Source: an uncultured Clostridium sp. (GTDB lineage Bacteria; Bacillota; Clostridia; TANB77; CAG-508). From it: a stretch of DNA of 64,000 nucleotides. The notes below the pieces were generated by a model that worked only from the letters and a program-made list of their open reading frames with translations, had not been told where the DNA came from and searched no databases. The stretch's first letter is position 1. Each line of letters opens with the position of its first letter. The stretch covers positions 144,462 to 208,461 of the forward strand of contig CAOKFZ010000002.1 of NCBI GenBank assembly GCA_948467875.1. Reading direction: 5' to 3'. Below are positions 19,475 to 29,589 of this stretch, piece after piece. Position numbers and translations under genes: made by a program.

Positions 19475-20794
19475 ATGATGTTGAAGAAGCTTCTTACTTT
19501 TATGATATTAATATTTATGATAATTGGCTTGGGAATTGGGCTTTATTTTTCATTTCATGCAAAGGGAAAAAGTACTTCTGAAGTCTCAAAACTAGATACT
19601 GTTTTTGCAAATGTGCAGACGAAACAAGTTCAAGTAAAGGAATTTTTTACGTATGGACGAGCTTTTAATTTTTTGGGTAGTTTGTCAGGCATTTCAAAAG
19701 ACAATTTCGAGAGTGTGAAGTTGTATTTAACAAATGGAGAAGGAATGGAGAAAACATATCCACTTTCAGGAACTTTTCAAGAAGGAAATTTGGTAATTAC
19801 AACAACAGACCAGATCAATGATGGTTGCCTTTTGGATGATTTGGAAGCAGGGGAATATGTTGCTTTGGTAAGGCTAAAGTTGAATAATAGTGTGAACCCC
19901 AAATATTATTCTTTAGAAAATATTTCGCAATATGGAGCCATTGAATATTTTACAATGACAAAGGAAAATCAAACTAGAAAAGTAGAGATTGGATTTCAGG
20001 AGAAAAAAGTAGAGGAACAAGAGATTGCATATTTGAGTTTGAATGTGGGGGCTTCTGAAAAGCCAGAAAATGTATATGATATTGTGCTAGATAGTGGTCA
20101 TGGTGGAAAAGATGTGGGCGAAAAATCAGGGAGTGATACGGAGGCGGATATTGCGCTTGCTGTTTCAAAATTGCTAAAAGAGCGTTTGGAAGCCAATGGT
20201 TTGAAAGTGAAATTAACAAGAGATGATACCAATTCAGCAGATTATACGTCAACCAATATGTATGATGCTAATGGCAGAATTACGACTGCGTGTGGCACAA
20301 AGGCAAAATGGATGTTTTCGTTTCATTTGAATAATGGAAATAAAGGTTTGAGAGGGCTGGAAGTGTATAGTCCAAGCAAGTCGAATTTGGATTTGGCGCA
20401 AAGTTTAGCAAATAAAATTGTGACTTATACGGATTTGGAGTTTTCCAATAACAATTCTTTTAAAAAGGGCGATGGAGTGTATGTTCGTAATTTTACGCAA
20501 AGTGTGATGAATGAATATGTTAATACAGCGAATAGAAAAGGTTATGCGCCATACAATATAACGTTAGATACGCCGTATTTATATACGATTCGCGAAGTTG
20601 GTGGAATTGCAACAAATGCGTATGTGGATGGGAGAAATAAAAGTTATGCGGCAAATCAGTATTGGAATTCGAATCAAGGGATTGAGTGTTATCAAATTGA
20701 AATGGGGTATATCAAGAATGATTTAGAAATTATAAAAATGCAAATGGAACAAATGGTTACTGCGATTTCTGAGGCAGTGATGGAGCATTTGTGA
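19475..20794 (+). CDS. N-acetylmuramoyl-L-alanine amidase (Amidase_3) with N-terminal TM anchor
   Basis: IVLDSGHGGKDVGEKSGSDTEADIALAVSKLLKERL is the Amidase_3 Zn-site block. There is a hydrophobic N-terminus. Confidence 0.85.
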   Translation: MMLKKLLTFMILIFMIIGLGIGLYFSFHAKGKSTSEVSKLDTVFANVQTKQVQVKEFFTYGRAFNFLGSLSGISKDNFESVKLYLTNGEGMEKTYPLSGTFQEGNLVITTTDQINDGCLLDDLEAGEYVALVRLKLNNSVNPKYYSLENISQYGAIEYFTMTKENQTRKVEIGFQEKKVEEQEIAYLSLNVGASEKPENVYDIVLDSGHGGKDVGEKSGSDTEADIALAVSKLLKERLEANGLKVKLTRDDTNSADYTSTNMYDANGRITTACGTKAKWMFSFHLNNGNKGLRGLEVYSPSKSNLDLAQSLANKIVTYTDLEFSNNNSFKKGDGVYVRNFTQSVMNEYVNTANRKGYAPYNITLDTPYLYTIREVGGIATNAYVDGRNKSYAANQYWNSNQGIECYQIEMGYIKNDLEIIKMQMEQMVTAISEAVMEHL

Positions 20795-21609
20795 ATTTTA
20801 GGAAGGTGAGTGGTAATTTGAAGTTCATAGATAAAATTTTAGATGTGGTAGATGAGTTACAAGCAAAAATATTGCAAAAAAAATTGATAAAAACCAATAA
20901 TGAAGAGAAAATTGTAAATGCTTTGCCACCAGATAAAGATAATTCAAAAGTGGATATTCATGAAATTGTAAAAAGTATGGAAAATCCTAAAACTAAATTA
21001 GAAGTAGTGAGTGGGAATATAGAAGAAATGATTGAGCAAGATGTGGTAAGGGATACATTAAGGTATTTACCAGACAAGAGTGTAGAAACGATTTTGAAGG
21101 AAAATAAAGAAAAGTTTGCTCAATATAAAAAAATGAAGAATGCAATTCAAGCAATTAAGAGTAACGAGAGAAAGTTAAATTTGACAGAGGAATATTCTAG
21201 AACTCTTAATGATATTGATTTGGTAGAAATTTTTGCAACAATGAAGCCAGAACAAGATAGCCAAAAACAGGAGTTATTAGAGCAGAAAAAAGTGAGGATT
21301 ATTGCTAAAAAAATTGTGGAACATGCTAAAAAACATGGAGCTGTTTGGCATATTGGAGAACTTACAGAGACTTTAAGGGATAGATCCAAATTGTCTGTGC
21401 TAAATTTATGTTTAGGAGAAATAGCAGATGCTTCTGTGAGAGTGAAGTTTGTTGGGGATTTATTGCGTGTTACGAATGTTAGTTATAAAAAGAAAAGTAT
21501 CGTAATAAAAGAGTGTAAAGCTCAAAAGCTATTAACAGGAGAAGATGAAGAAAGAATAAGGGCACAGTTGCAGGCTGATAAAGCAAGGAAAGAACGGATA
21601 CAGAGATGA
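20791..21609 (+). CDS. Hypothetical protein (272 aa)
   Basis: The GTG start overlaps the amidase stop codon. Charged and helix-rich, with no motif recognised. Confidence 0.5.
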   Translation: MNFRKVSGNLKFIDKILDVVDELQAKILQKKLIKTNNEEKIVNALPPDKDNSKVDIHEIVKSMENPKTKLEVVSGNIEEMIEQDVVRDTLRYLPDKSVETILKENKEKFAQYKKMKNAIQAIKSNERKLNLTEEYSRTLNDIDLVEIFATMKPEQDSQKQELLEQKKVRIIAKKIVEHAKKHGAVWHIGELTETLRDRSKLSVLNLCLGEIADASVRVKFVGDLLRVTNVSYKKKSIVIKECKAQKLLTGEDEERIRAQLQADKARKERIQR

Positions 21610-21621
21610 GAAATAAAGGGG

Positions 21622-21659
21622 TTGTAGAGATATTTATTTGGCAATAAATATCTCTACAA
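21622..21659. terminator. Bidirectional terminator
   Basis: Perfect 17-bp stem ttgtagagatatttatt / aataaatatctctacaa with loop tggc. It overlaps the 3' end of the minus-strand CDS. Confidence 0.8.
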
Positions 21660-22353
21660 AAATTTTGCCATATTGGGGGCTATTGGCAACTGCAATTCCT
21701 GTGTAATTAAAATCTTGACTTAAAATATTACTTTTATGTGACTCAGAATTCATCAAAGTTTCGATAGCACTTTCTGCATTTAAGTTTCGAGCAATGTTTT
21801 CACTGGCTTTGTTGTAAGAAATTTGGTTGGTGCGAAGCATTTCAAAAATGGAGCCATAAGTCGGAGAGTTATGGGCAAAATACTTATTTTCTACAATATC
21901 ATTTGCTTTGAGCCTTGCTATGTTAAGCAAACTTTCGTCTAGTTGAAATTCAGGCAAATTATTTTCAATGCGCTTATTGTTAATTAAATTCAAAAAAATT
22001 TGTTCTTCTTGAGAAAGCAAAGTTTGATTGGGATTTTCATTTTGTTGGCTATTTTCTATATAATCAGCAAAAACGGCACCAACTAAATTATTTTCTGTTT
22101 TAATAATATACCACTTGTCAACTTTTCCATAAATATGTATGGTATCTCCTTTTGACAATAAACCGATTTGTGTATTTTCTGTGCCCAAACCAGAACGTAT
22201 TTTTAAACTTTCTGCTGTAACAGTGCCGATTTCAAAGGGAGCTGCTTCTTCAGCCACTTCTGTTTGTTCATTCCCAAGTGAAGATGAAACGCAAGAAATC
22301 CCAAAACCAATAATAACTAAAATACAGGCTAAAATAATTCCCAATTTTTTCAT
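21634..22353 (-). CDS. Secreted SH3-domain + CAP/SCP (YkwD-like) protein
   Basis: Signal/TM N-terminus, an SH3_3-like segment (LKIRSGLGTENTQIGLLSKGDTIHIYGKVDKWYII) and a CAP block (YFAHNSPTYGS...ENIA...MNSESHKSNIL). Confidence 0.8.
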   Translation of the reverse strand: MKKLGIILACILVIIGFGISCVSSSLGNEQTEVAEEAAPFEIGTVTAESLKIRSGLGTENTQIGLLSKGDTIHIYGKVDKWYIIKTENNLVGAVFADYIENSQQNENPNQTLLSQEEQIFLNLINNKRIENNLPEFQLDESLLNIARLKANDIVENKYFAHNSPTYGSIFEMLRTNQISYNKASENIARNLNAESAIETLMNSESHKSNILSQDFNYTGIAVANSPQYGKIFVEIFIAK

Positions 22354-22421
22354 GAGTACCTCCTTAATTTAAGAGAATTCTACCCAAGAAAAAAAAGAAA
22401 TATACTTCCAACAACATATTT

Positions 22422-22991
22422 TTAGTAAATGACAGAAGTTTGAATAAAATTTTCATTAGGAGCAGGAACAATGCAATTTTCAGGCTGCTGAACAGTTTCA
22501 ATTTCAGAAATTGCAAGACAAGGAATTTCTCCTAAATAATTTCCTTTTTTAATGGTTCCAGTGATTTTGACCCATTGATATTCTGGATAATCCACTGCAT
22601 TTTGCAAACTGCATAAAAAACCTACAATGACTGTTTGGTTGGTGTTTTCTAGTTTCATATCACGAGCTAAAATAAATTGATTTGCTTCTAGCTCAGGAAC
22701 ACGATAAACATAGCCAGTGTAGCAAATTTTTTGTCCAATATATGTATCTAAATCTTCATGTACTTCTTTTAAAACATTAGTATAATTTTCGTCTGTTAGA
22801 TAGGCGACTTCGCCAGAAGGAACACAGTTGAACTGAGAAGTTTCCAATTCATGATTGGTGCTGTACATTTTGAAAATGCCAGCTCCAGCCAGTGCGACGC
22901 AAAAAATTGCCATGATTGCCAAAATCCATTTAAAGATTTTGGTTCTACTTAATTTAACATTAAAAACAAACATAATTACCATCCTTTTCAT
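22422..22991 (-). CDS. Hypothetical membrane-anchored protein (weakly DUF1980-like C-terminus)
   Basis: One N-terminal TM helix. The start codon is uncertain because several in-frame ATGs lie at 22970-22991. The family resemblance is tentative. Confidence 0.5.
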   Translation of the reverse strand: MKRMVIMFVFNVKLSRTKIFKWILAIMAIFCVALAGAGIFKMYSTNHELETSQFNCVPSGEVAYLTDENYTNVLKEVHEDLDTYIGQKICYTGYVYRVPELEANQFILARDMKLENTNQTVIVGFLCSLQNAVDYPEYQWVKITGTIKKGNYLGEIPCLAISEIETVQQPENCIVPAPNENFIQTSVIY

Positions 22992-23099
22992 TCATTTTTT
23001 GTTTCATTTTATGCGCGGACATAAAAAATATGAGAAAAATACAAAAAAATCTTGCAAGTTGCGCAAAAATGATATATAGTAATCGGTAGGTGATTTAAA

Positions 23100-24701
23100 T
23101 TGGGTAGTAATATTGTAAAATATATATTTATTATAATTGTCATTGGATTAATTGGTTTTGGAGTTTACAAAATGGTAAAAAATCAAGAGGAAATTGTGCC
23201 TGAAAATCTTGACCAAACCTCCACAGTGACAACCATTCAAACAGATTTAAGACTTGCGATTAGTGGGTTTGATACCATGAATCCAATTCTTAGTAATAAT
23301 CGTAATGTGCAAGAAATTAGCAAAATGATTTATGAGCCATTAGTTACGTTAAATGAAGCCTATAAACTAGAATATTGTTTGGCAGAAGAAATTGCCAAAA
23401 CCGATGAATTGAATTATGTTATCAAAATTAAAAAAGGAATTTTATGGCAAGATGGAACAGAGCTGACAGCAAATGATGTGAAATTTACAATTGATAAAAT
23501 AAAATTTGCTGGAGAAAACGGAGTCGATACGGTTTATGCGAGTAATTTAGCGGCTGTTTTAAATTATGAGCCAATTGATGAATACACATTTAAGTTGACA
23601 CTTTCAGAGCCAGTGGATTTTTTTGAATATTATTTAACATTTCCTGTTTTGTCTGAGAAATATTATGCGAATGAAGATTTTTATCATTCTGAGAAAAACA
23701 ATCAATCCGTGGGAACAGGCATGTTTAAGATTATAAGTGTTGATTCAAATATCATCAAATTAGCGAAAAATGAAATGTACTGGAATTCTGCAAAAAATCC
23801 GATGGCGAATGAGGTAAACATTAATTTATATGGTTCAGCTGGAGAACTTTACAATGCTTTCAAAAATGGAGAAATTGATGTTGTAGATGTAAAATCCAAA
23901 AATGTGGAAGAATTGATTGGGTCGATTGGCTACAAAAAAATAGAATATAAATCAAGAGATTACAGTTTTTTGGCATTGAATACACAAAATGAAGTCTTAT
24001 CTAGTCCTGCTGTAAGAAAAGCCATGAGTAAAATGATTGACAAAAATAATATTGTGGCGAGTTGCTTAGGTTCTGGTTATGTGGCATCGAATTTTAGCTT
24101 GGATATGGGAAATTGGCTTTATACAAGAGACTTGTCTGTGGAAGTTAATACAGATGAAGCAAGCCAAATTTTGCAAAGCGATGGTTGGGAATATAAAAAT
24201 AATCGTTGGACCAAAAAAATAGATAAAAGAACAGTAGATTTGGCTTTTTCGATTACCGTCAACGGAAGTGATGAAACCAAGGTTGCAGTGGCTGAAAATA
24301 TCAAAAATCAATTGGCAAATAGAGGCATTTTTGTCACAGTTAGACAATTGAATCGTGAGGCTTATTTTGCAAGTTTAGAAAGCAAAAATTTTGATGTTAT
24401 TTTGACAGGAATTACGTGTGGTTATTCTCCAAGTTTGAAAACGTTTTTTGGAGCCAATAATTTAGCCAATTATGCCAAAAATGAAGTGGCAGAAATCATG
24501 AATGTGGTTTCTAACACGTCAGACGAAAATCAATTATACGAAAATTATAATAAATTATATGACATTTATTTAGAAGAAGTGCCATATATCGGTCTATATC
24601 GAAATACAGATGTAGTTATTTATAACCAAAGTTTGGTGGGAAATATTAAAGCAAATGCATTTAATTTGTATTACAATATCGAAAAATGGTACAGACAATA
24701 A
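23100..24701 (+). CDS. ABC-transporter substrate-binding protein, family 5 (peptide/nickel type), TM-anchored
   Basis: TTG start after GGTAGGTGA. The layout is typical of SBP_bac_5 (NPILSNNRNVQEISKMIYEPLV..., WQDGTELTANDVKFT). It has an N-terminal helix with no Cys lipobox. Confidence 0.8.
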   Translation: MGSNIVKYIFIIIVIGLIGFGVYKMVKNQEEIVPENLDQTSTVTTIQTDLRLAISGFDTMNPILSNNRNVQEISKMIYEPLVTLNEAYKLEYCLAEEIAKTDELNYVIKIKKGILWQDGTELTANDVKFTIDKIKFAGENGVDTVYASNLAAVLNYEPIDEYTFKLTLSEPVDFFEYYLTFPVLSEKYYANEDFYHSEKNNQSVGTGMFKIISVDSNIIKLAKNEMYWNSAKNPMANEVNINLYGSAGELYNAFKNGEIDVVDVKSKNVEELIGSIGYKKIEYKSRDYSFLALNTQNEVLSSPAVRKAMSKMIDKNNIVASCLGSGYVASNFSLDMGNWLYTRDLSVEVNTDEASQILQSDGWEYKNNRWTKKIDKRTVDLAFSITVNGSDETKVAVAENIKNQLANRGIFVTVRQLNREAYFASLESKNFDVILTGITCGYSPSLKTFFGANNLANYAKNEVAEIMNVVSNTSDENQLYENYNKLYDIYLEEVPYIGLYRNTDVVIYNQSLVGNIKANAFNLYYNIEKWYRQ

Positions 24702-24740
24702 AATTATTTTAATAATTTCAAAAATAAAAATAAAAAAGTA

Positions 24741-24769
24741 TTGACAAAAAAGAGAATAAAAGTTACAAT
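24741..24769 (+). promoter_or_regulatory. Sigma-A-like promoter of recA
   Basis: TTGACA (24741-24746), 17-nt spacer, TACAAT (24764-24769). Confidence 0.55.
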
Positions 24770-24819
24770 AAAACAAACAGAAGTTTTATGGAACAAATTT
24801 TTGAAGGAGGAAATAAAAT

Positions 24820-25875
24820 ATGTCAGATAACGCAGAAAAAAGAAAGGCATTAGATGCCGCAATGAGTCAAATAGAAAAACAATTTGGTAAAGGTTCAGTC
24901 ATGAAATTGGGTGAATATAAAGCCATGGAAATAGAGGCAATTCCAACAGGAGCCTTAGGATTAGATGTTGCTTTAGGAATTGGTGGTGTGCCAAGAGGAA
25001 GAATTATAGAAGTGTATGGACCAGAATCTTCTGGTAAAACCACACTTGCGTTGCATATTATTGCAGAAGCGCAAAAAACAGGAGGAGAAGCCGCTTTTGT
25101 GGATGCTGAACATGCGTTAGATCCAGTGTATGCCAAGAAAATTGGTGTCAATATTGATGAATTACTTGTATCTCAACCAGATACAGGAGAACAGGCTTTG
25201 GAAATTACAGAAGCATTAGTGCGAAGCGGAGCATTGGATGTCATTGTTGTGGATTCGGTTGCAGCTTTGGTTCCAAAGGCAGAAATTGATGGTGACATGG
25301 GAGATTCGCACATGGGATTACAAGCAAGACTAATGTCTCAGGCTTTGAGAAAGTTGGCAGGAGCTGTCAATAAAACGAAAACAGTAATTATTTTTATCAA
25401 CCAATTAAGAGAAAAAATTGGTGTAATGTTTGGAAATCCTGAGACTACAACTGGTGGTAGAGCTTTGAAATTCTATGCTTCAGTTAGAATGGATATTCGT
25501 AAAATTGAGAATATCAAGCAAGATGGGCAAGTTATGGGCAATAGAGCAAGAGTGAAAATTGTGAAAAATAAGGTTGCTCCACCATTTAGAGAAGCAGAAT
25601 TTGATATTATGTATGGAGAAGGTATTTCAAAAGCAAGTAATATTTTGGATATGGCTGTTAATTTGAATATTATTGAAAAAGCAGGTTCTTGGTTTAGTTA
25701 TAACGGACAAAAATTAAAACAAGGACGAGAAAATGTGAAACAGTATATGATTGAAAACCCAGAATTTATGGCAGAAATTGAGAAAAAAGTGAGAGACAAT
25801 TTTGAAAAAGCTTTTGAAAATGCTTTAGGAGAAGAGGAGACACAAAAAGAGGAAAAAGAAGAAACTGAGGAATAG
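24820..25875 (+). CDS. recA: Recombinase RecA
   Basis: [31 protein letters not shown], and the L1 and L2 loop regions, all canonical. Confidence 0.98.
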   Translation: MSDNAEKRKALDAAMSQIEKQFGKGSVMKLGEYKAMEIEAIPTGALGLDVALGIGGVPRGRIIEVYGPESSGKTTLALHIIAEAQKTGGEAAFVDAEHALDPVYAKKIGVNIDELLVSQPDTGEQALEITEALVRSGALDVIVVDSVAALVPKAEIDGDMGDSHMGLQARLMSQALRKLAGAVNKTKTVIIFINQLREKIGVMFGNPETTTGGRALKFYASVRMDIRKIENIKQDGQVMGNRARVKIVKNKVAPPFREAEFDIMYGEGISKASNILDMAVNLNIIEKAGSWFSYNGQKLKQGRENVKQYMIENPEFMAEIEKKVRDNFEKAFENALGEEETQKEEKEETEE

Positions 25876-25890
25876 AATGGAAGTAGTTTT

Positions 25891-26346
25891 ATGGACTATA
25901 GGAAAGATTTTGAAGAAGCTGAAAAAATAGATAAATTGCGAAGTAAAATGTTAAAGTATATTTTATATAAAAAAAGAACAGAACAGGAAATTAGGAAAAA
26001 ATTTTGCGAAGAAGATGAAAGTGCTGTGGAAGATGCAATTGAATATTTTAAAGAATTAAATTATATTGATGATTTTGATTATGTTCAAAGAAGTGTGCAG
26101 GAATTTATGAATTTAAAAAGTTTGTCTATTAAGGAAATGAGTTATAAAATGTGCCAGAAAGGTGTTAGTAAAAAAATGGTAGACGAATATATAAGTAAAC
26201 ATGAAGAGGAACTTGTAGAGTATGAAATAAATTCTGCTCGAAAAATTTGGAATAAAAAAATTCAAAATTCAGATGAAAATGTGGTAAGGGATTTTTTATA
26301 TAAGAAAGGCTATCGACAAGAAACGATACAGGAATTGGAGAAATAG
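25891..26346 (+). CDS. recX: RecX family regulator
   Basis: Its position directly after recA, its size and its helical-repeat character fit RecX. Sequence-level recognition is weak. Confidence 0.7.
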   Translation: MDYRKDFEEAEKIDKLRSKMLKYILYKKRTEQEIRKKFCEEDESAVEDAIEYFKELNYIDDFDYVQRSVQEFMNLKSLSIKEMSYKMCQKGVSKKMVDEYISKHEEELVEYEINSARKIWNKKIQNSDENVVRDFLYKKGYRQETIQELEK

Positions 26347-26727
26347 ATGGATTATCAAGGCGTTATTATAGAAGAAAGTTTATCTAATTGTGCTATTATG
26401 AAAAAACTAATGATTATCGATACACAAATTGAAAAAGTAACCGAAAAGTCAGAAACTCCATGGCTTGATAAATGGACAATGCACACAGTAATGATTAAAG
26501 AAAATGAAATGAATGAATATGCTAAAAAATTAAGCCAACTAATAGACGTTAAGCATTGTGATAATTGGTATTGTGATTTTAAAAATGATCAATTTCATTA
26601 TGTTATTTTTTACCATAAAGTGTTTAAGTTAGATAGAATGAGTAAATGGGATTATGACCAAATGCAAAAATATGCTATTTCAATTGGTTTGCCAGAACAT
26701 CAGTTACCTAAGTTTATGGAAGTATAA
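26347..26727 (+). CDS. Hypothetical protein (126 aa)
   Basis: The ATG abuts the recX stop codon. No motif recognised. Confidence 0.5.
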   Translation: MDYQGVIIEESLSNCAIMKKLMIIDTQIEKVTEKSETPWLDKWTMHTVMIKENEMNEYAKKLSQLIDVKHCDNWYCDFKNDQFHYVIFYHKVFKLDRMSKWDYDQMQKYAISIGLPEHQLPKFMEV

Positions 26728-26739
26728 AGAGGAGAAAAA

Positions 26740-27495
26740 ATGAATAAAATCATTTCATTAGAAACTAAAAAGTATGAATTAAGATTAGATAATTTTGAGG
26801 GACCACTTGATTTGCTTTGTTACTTAATTGACAAAAATAAAATGGATATTTATAAAATAGAAATAACCCAAATAACAGATCAATATATGGAATATTTAAG
26901 AGAGCAAGAGAAACTGAATTTAGAAGTGGCAAGCGAATTTTTAGTGATGGCGTCTACTTTGCTTTTGATAAAGTCGAAAGGCTTACTTCCTAAAGAAGCG
27001 GAAGATGAGGCAGAACTTACAGAAGAAGAATTGCTAAACAGAATTATCGAATATAAAAAATTTAAAGAAATTAGTAAATTGTTTAAGGAAAGAATTCAAA
27101 TTTATTCTAATCGAGTTCATAAATTTGCAGAAAATATTGAACTTCCAAAACAGACGATTGAAAAAAAATATACCGTTGAAAATATTATAAAAGCCTATTC
27201 AAAATTATTAGAAAAAGAGGAAAATAAGAAAAATGAAAATGCGAAAAATATTGATAAAATAGCGGTTCATGATGTGTACTCGGTTTCTGATAAAGTAAAA
27301 GAAATTTTTAGAGAATTAGTGCGAAAGCCTCAATTTGTATTTGGAAAGCTATTTTCTTTGCGAGAAAAACCAAAAGAAGAAGTCGTAACAGCATTTTCGG
27401 GAGTTTTAGAACTGAGTAGAAGAAGCAAAATTAATACAGAACAAGAGGAACTTTTTGGAGATATTGTGATTTCAAAGAGAAAACGTGAAGATTAG
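26740..27495 (+). CDS. scpA: Segregation and condensation protein A (kleisin)
   Basis: LDNFEGPLDLLCYLIDKNKMDIYKIEITQITDQYMEYL is the canonical ScpA N-terminus. Confidence 0.9.
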   Translation: MNKIISLETKKYELRLDNFEGPLDLLCYLIDKNKMDIYKIEITQITDQYMEYLREQEKLNLEVASEFLVMASTLLLIKSKGLLPKEAEDEAELTEEELLNRIIEYKKFKEISKLFKERIQIYSNRVHKFAENIELPKQTIEKKYTVENIIKAYSKLLEKEENKKNENAKNIDKIAVHDVYSVSDKVKEIFRELVRKPQFVFGKLFSLREKPKEEVVTAFSGVLELSRRSKINTEQEELFGDIVISKRKRED

Positions 27496-27535
27496 CTATA
27501 AAAGAGAAAAATGCGAAAATAACGGCTCCAGTTTC

Positions 27536-27564
27536 TTGACTTTTTATGTAAAATGTGGTATAAT
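27536..27564 (+). promoter_or_regulatory. Strong sigma-A-like promoter
   Basis: TTGACT (27536-27541), 17-nt spacer, and an extended -10 TGgTATAAT (TATAAT at 27559-27564). Confidence 0.65.
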
Positions 27565-27608
27565 TCATACTGTTGTAAATAGGTAGAAGAATAAGAAAGG
27601 AGCTAGCT

Positions 27609-28166
27609 ATGACTAGAGAACAACAAGAGGTTTTAACGTTTTTCAACAGTAATCGGATTGCTGACGAACAAGTAACACTTGAAGCGGCTAAAGGAATGTA
27701 TATTCCAGATAAAAGGTTAGTTTTGGAAAGTCGTTTTCCGAAGCAGTTGGTGGATGATGTTTTTGGTAAAGCGACTTGGCTCGAACAAGCTGAAATGCAG
27801 CTTTTGAAAAGTAAGAACCCTGACAGCGTAAGAGATTGTGAGCGTTTCGTTACATGTGCAATTTGTATTTCGCATGCTTGTGCAGATACAAAGAAAAAAG
27901 AGCTGGAAAAGTATAAACATTTAGAAGTTAATATTCCGATTAAATTGATGTTGTTAGAAAATTCGCAATTTGAACAATGTGATGTTAAAGTAATAACTTC
28001 GTGTTTAACAATCTATCAAATTCAGAGTTTGGGAGAGTATTTGAAAATGTATGCCGGCATTCGAAAATATGATGTAAGATGTTCTTATTATAGACATATT
28101 TTAGAGGCAGTTGAAATCTCATTAATGGAAGTTGTTGAAAAATTGAAAAAAGAAATAATTGGCTAG
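27609..28166 (+). CDS. Hypothetical protein (185 aa) at the position where scpB is expected
   Basis: ORF with AAAGGAG SD and its own promoter and terminator. I see no resemblance to the ScpB winged-helix protein. Confidence 0.6.
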   Translation: MTREQQEVLTFFNSNRIADEQVTLEAAKGMYIPDKRLVLESRFPKQLVDDVFGKATWLEQAEMQLLKSKNPDSVRDCERFVTCAICISHACADTKKKELEKYKHLEVNIPIKLMLLENSQFEQCDVKVITSCLTIYQIQSLGEYLKMYAGIRKYDVRCSYYRHILEAVEISLMEVVEKLKKEIIG

Positions 28167-28182
28167 TAAAAAGCTCTTAAGT

Positions 28183-28227
28183 CCTGGCGGTGCTGCTAAA
28201 GTACCGCCAGGCATTTCATTTTTTTTG
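28183..28227 (+). terminator. Intrinsic terminator
   Basis: cctggcggt / accgccagg 9-bp GC-rich stem followed by catttcaTTTTTTTT. Confidence 0.85.
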
Positions 28228-28280
28228 CATAAATTATCAATTTTTGGAAAAAAATACTATCAATATTTGGGAGAAGGCTT

Positions 28281-28886
28281 ATGAAAATATTGATTAGTAT
28301 TTTTTTTGTGGTATTTTTAATTTTGGTCACTTCAAAAGTGAAAATAAATATTTTGTCCTTGCAAAAAGACCGAAGTTCAAAAAAAGTTGATTTTGACATT
28401 AATGTGGGACTTTATTTACTAGGAATTGTAAAAATACTGAGTGTTCATTTGAGAAAAGAGGGAATTTATTTTTTGGGTTGGTCAATTCCCTATAAAAATT
28501 TGCCAATAGACAATCTAAAAATGAAGGATTTTAAAATGACATTTGTTTTAGAGTTTTTGAAAATTCTTGATTTTAGATTGAATGAATTTAAGGTAGAGCT
28601 AAAAATTGGAACAGAAGATGTTTTGCTTACAGCTTTTTCTGTATTTGTAATTTCTACTTTTTTCAGTATTTTTTTTGCGAAAAATAGAAGGAAAATAAAC
28701 CAAAAGAATTATAATTATCATGTTGTACCGATTTACAATTCGAATGAATTAAGTTTTAGAATTTCCTTGAAATTGTCAATAAATCTGATAAATTTGATAA
28801 AAGCACTGTTTTCACAAAAACAGAAACGACAAGTAAAACAGAAGTTAAAAAAAGTGATAGAAGAAAAAAGTGCACTCAAAATTTAG
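28281..28886 (+). CDS. ytfI: YtfI-like sporulation membrane protein (DUF2953-like)
   Basis: N-terminal TM followed by a KVKINILSL pattern, located directly upstream of ytfJ as in Bacillus ytfIJ. The call rests mostly on context. Confidence 0.55.
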   Translation: MKILISIFFVVFLILVTSKVKINILSLQKDRSSKKVDFDINVGLYLLGIVKILSVHLRKEGIYFLGWSIPYKNLPIDNLKMKDFKMTFVLEFLKILDFRLNEFKVELKIGTEDVLLTAFSVFVISTFFSIFFAKNRRKINQKNYNYHVVPIYNSNELSFRISLKLSINLINLIKALFSQKQKRQVKQKLKKVIEEKSALKI

Positions 28887-28959
28887 TTTTTTGAATAAAA
28901 ATGTATTTTTGACAAATAATAGTTTTGAGTAAAATGAAAAGAAAGTGAGCGTGGAAAAT

Positions 28960-29490
28960 ATGAATGAAACACATCCAATTGAAGGTCTTATGAAAACTGC
29001 AATGAATAGTATTCAGGATATGGTAGATGTCAATACGATTATTGGGGAGCCAATTGAGACATCCAATAATATGGTAATTATTCCGATTTCTAAGGTATGT
29101 TTTGGATTTGCAGCAGGTGGCAGTGAGTTTCAAAGTGAAACAGTGAATGAATATAGAAAAAAAGATAAAGAGGAAGAAGCGAAATACCGCTTGCCGTTTG
29201 GTGGCGGAAGTGGCGCTGGAGTAAGTATTAGCCCAGTTGCGTTTATTGTAGTCATGCAAGATTCAATTAAGATTATGCCGATTGAGCATACTTCTGCTAT
29301 CGATAAATTAATGGATTATGTTCCAGATTTGATGCAAAGAATCAATTCAGTTGTTGATAAAAATTTGGATATTAAGATAAAATCTAAGGAAAATAAAACA
29401 GAAAATAAGAATGAAAATAATCAGAATAATACAAAAGTGCCAGAGGTTGATATCCAATATACGCCAAGTGAATATTTGGAAGATGAGTAA
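28960..29490 (+). CDS. ytfJ: Sporulation protein YtfJ/GerW family
   Basis: IEGLMKTAMNSIQDMVDVNTIIGEPIETSNNMVIIPISKVCFGFAAGGSEF and GGGSGAGVSISPVAFIVV are typical. The start could be ATG 28960 or the listed GTG at 28945. Confidence 0.85.
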   Translation: MNETHPIEGLMKTAMNSIQDMVDVNTIIGEPIETSNNMVIIPISKVCFGFAAGGSEFQSETVNEYRKKDKEEEAKYRLPFGGGSGAGVSISPVAFIVVMQDSIKIMPIEHTSAIDKLMDYVPDLMQRINSVVDKNLDIKIKSKENKTENKNENNQNNTKVPEVDIQYTPSEYLEDE

Positions 29491-29497
29491 AAAAATA

Positions 29498-29528
29498 AAG
29501 GCTTACATCATTTTGATGTGAGCTTTTT
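29498..29528 (+). terminator. Intrinsic terminator after ytfJ
   Basis: gcttacatc / gatgtgagc stem (one G-T pair) followed by TTTTT. Confidence 0.7.
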
Positions 29529-29589
29529 GCTATGTAAAATTGATGTCGAAAATTGTCAAATAGAAAGCGAAAAAAGTCAAAAAAATAAC

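Noticed and set aside
24774-24787. LexA (Cheo) box upstream of recA
   Set aside because: CAAACAGAAGTTTT is palindromic in its AAAC/GTTT halves. It mismatches the Firmicute consensus CGAACRNRYGTTCG at four conserved positions, which is too weak to call.
28227-28255. Forespore sigma-F-type promoter upstream of ytfI (GCATA-14 nt-GGAAAAAAAT)
   Set aside because: The spacing is one short of the usual 15 nt, and the -10 lacks the conserved T at its expected position. It is plausible from the B. subtilis ytfIJ precedent but not supportable from sequence alone.
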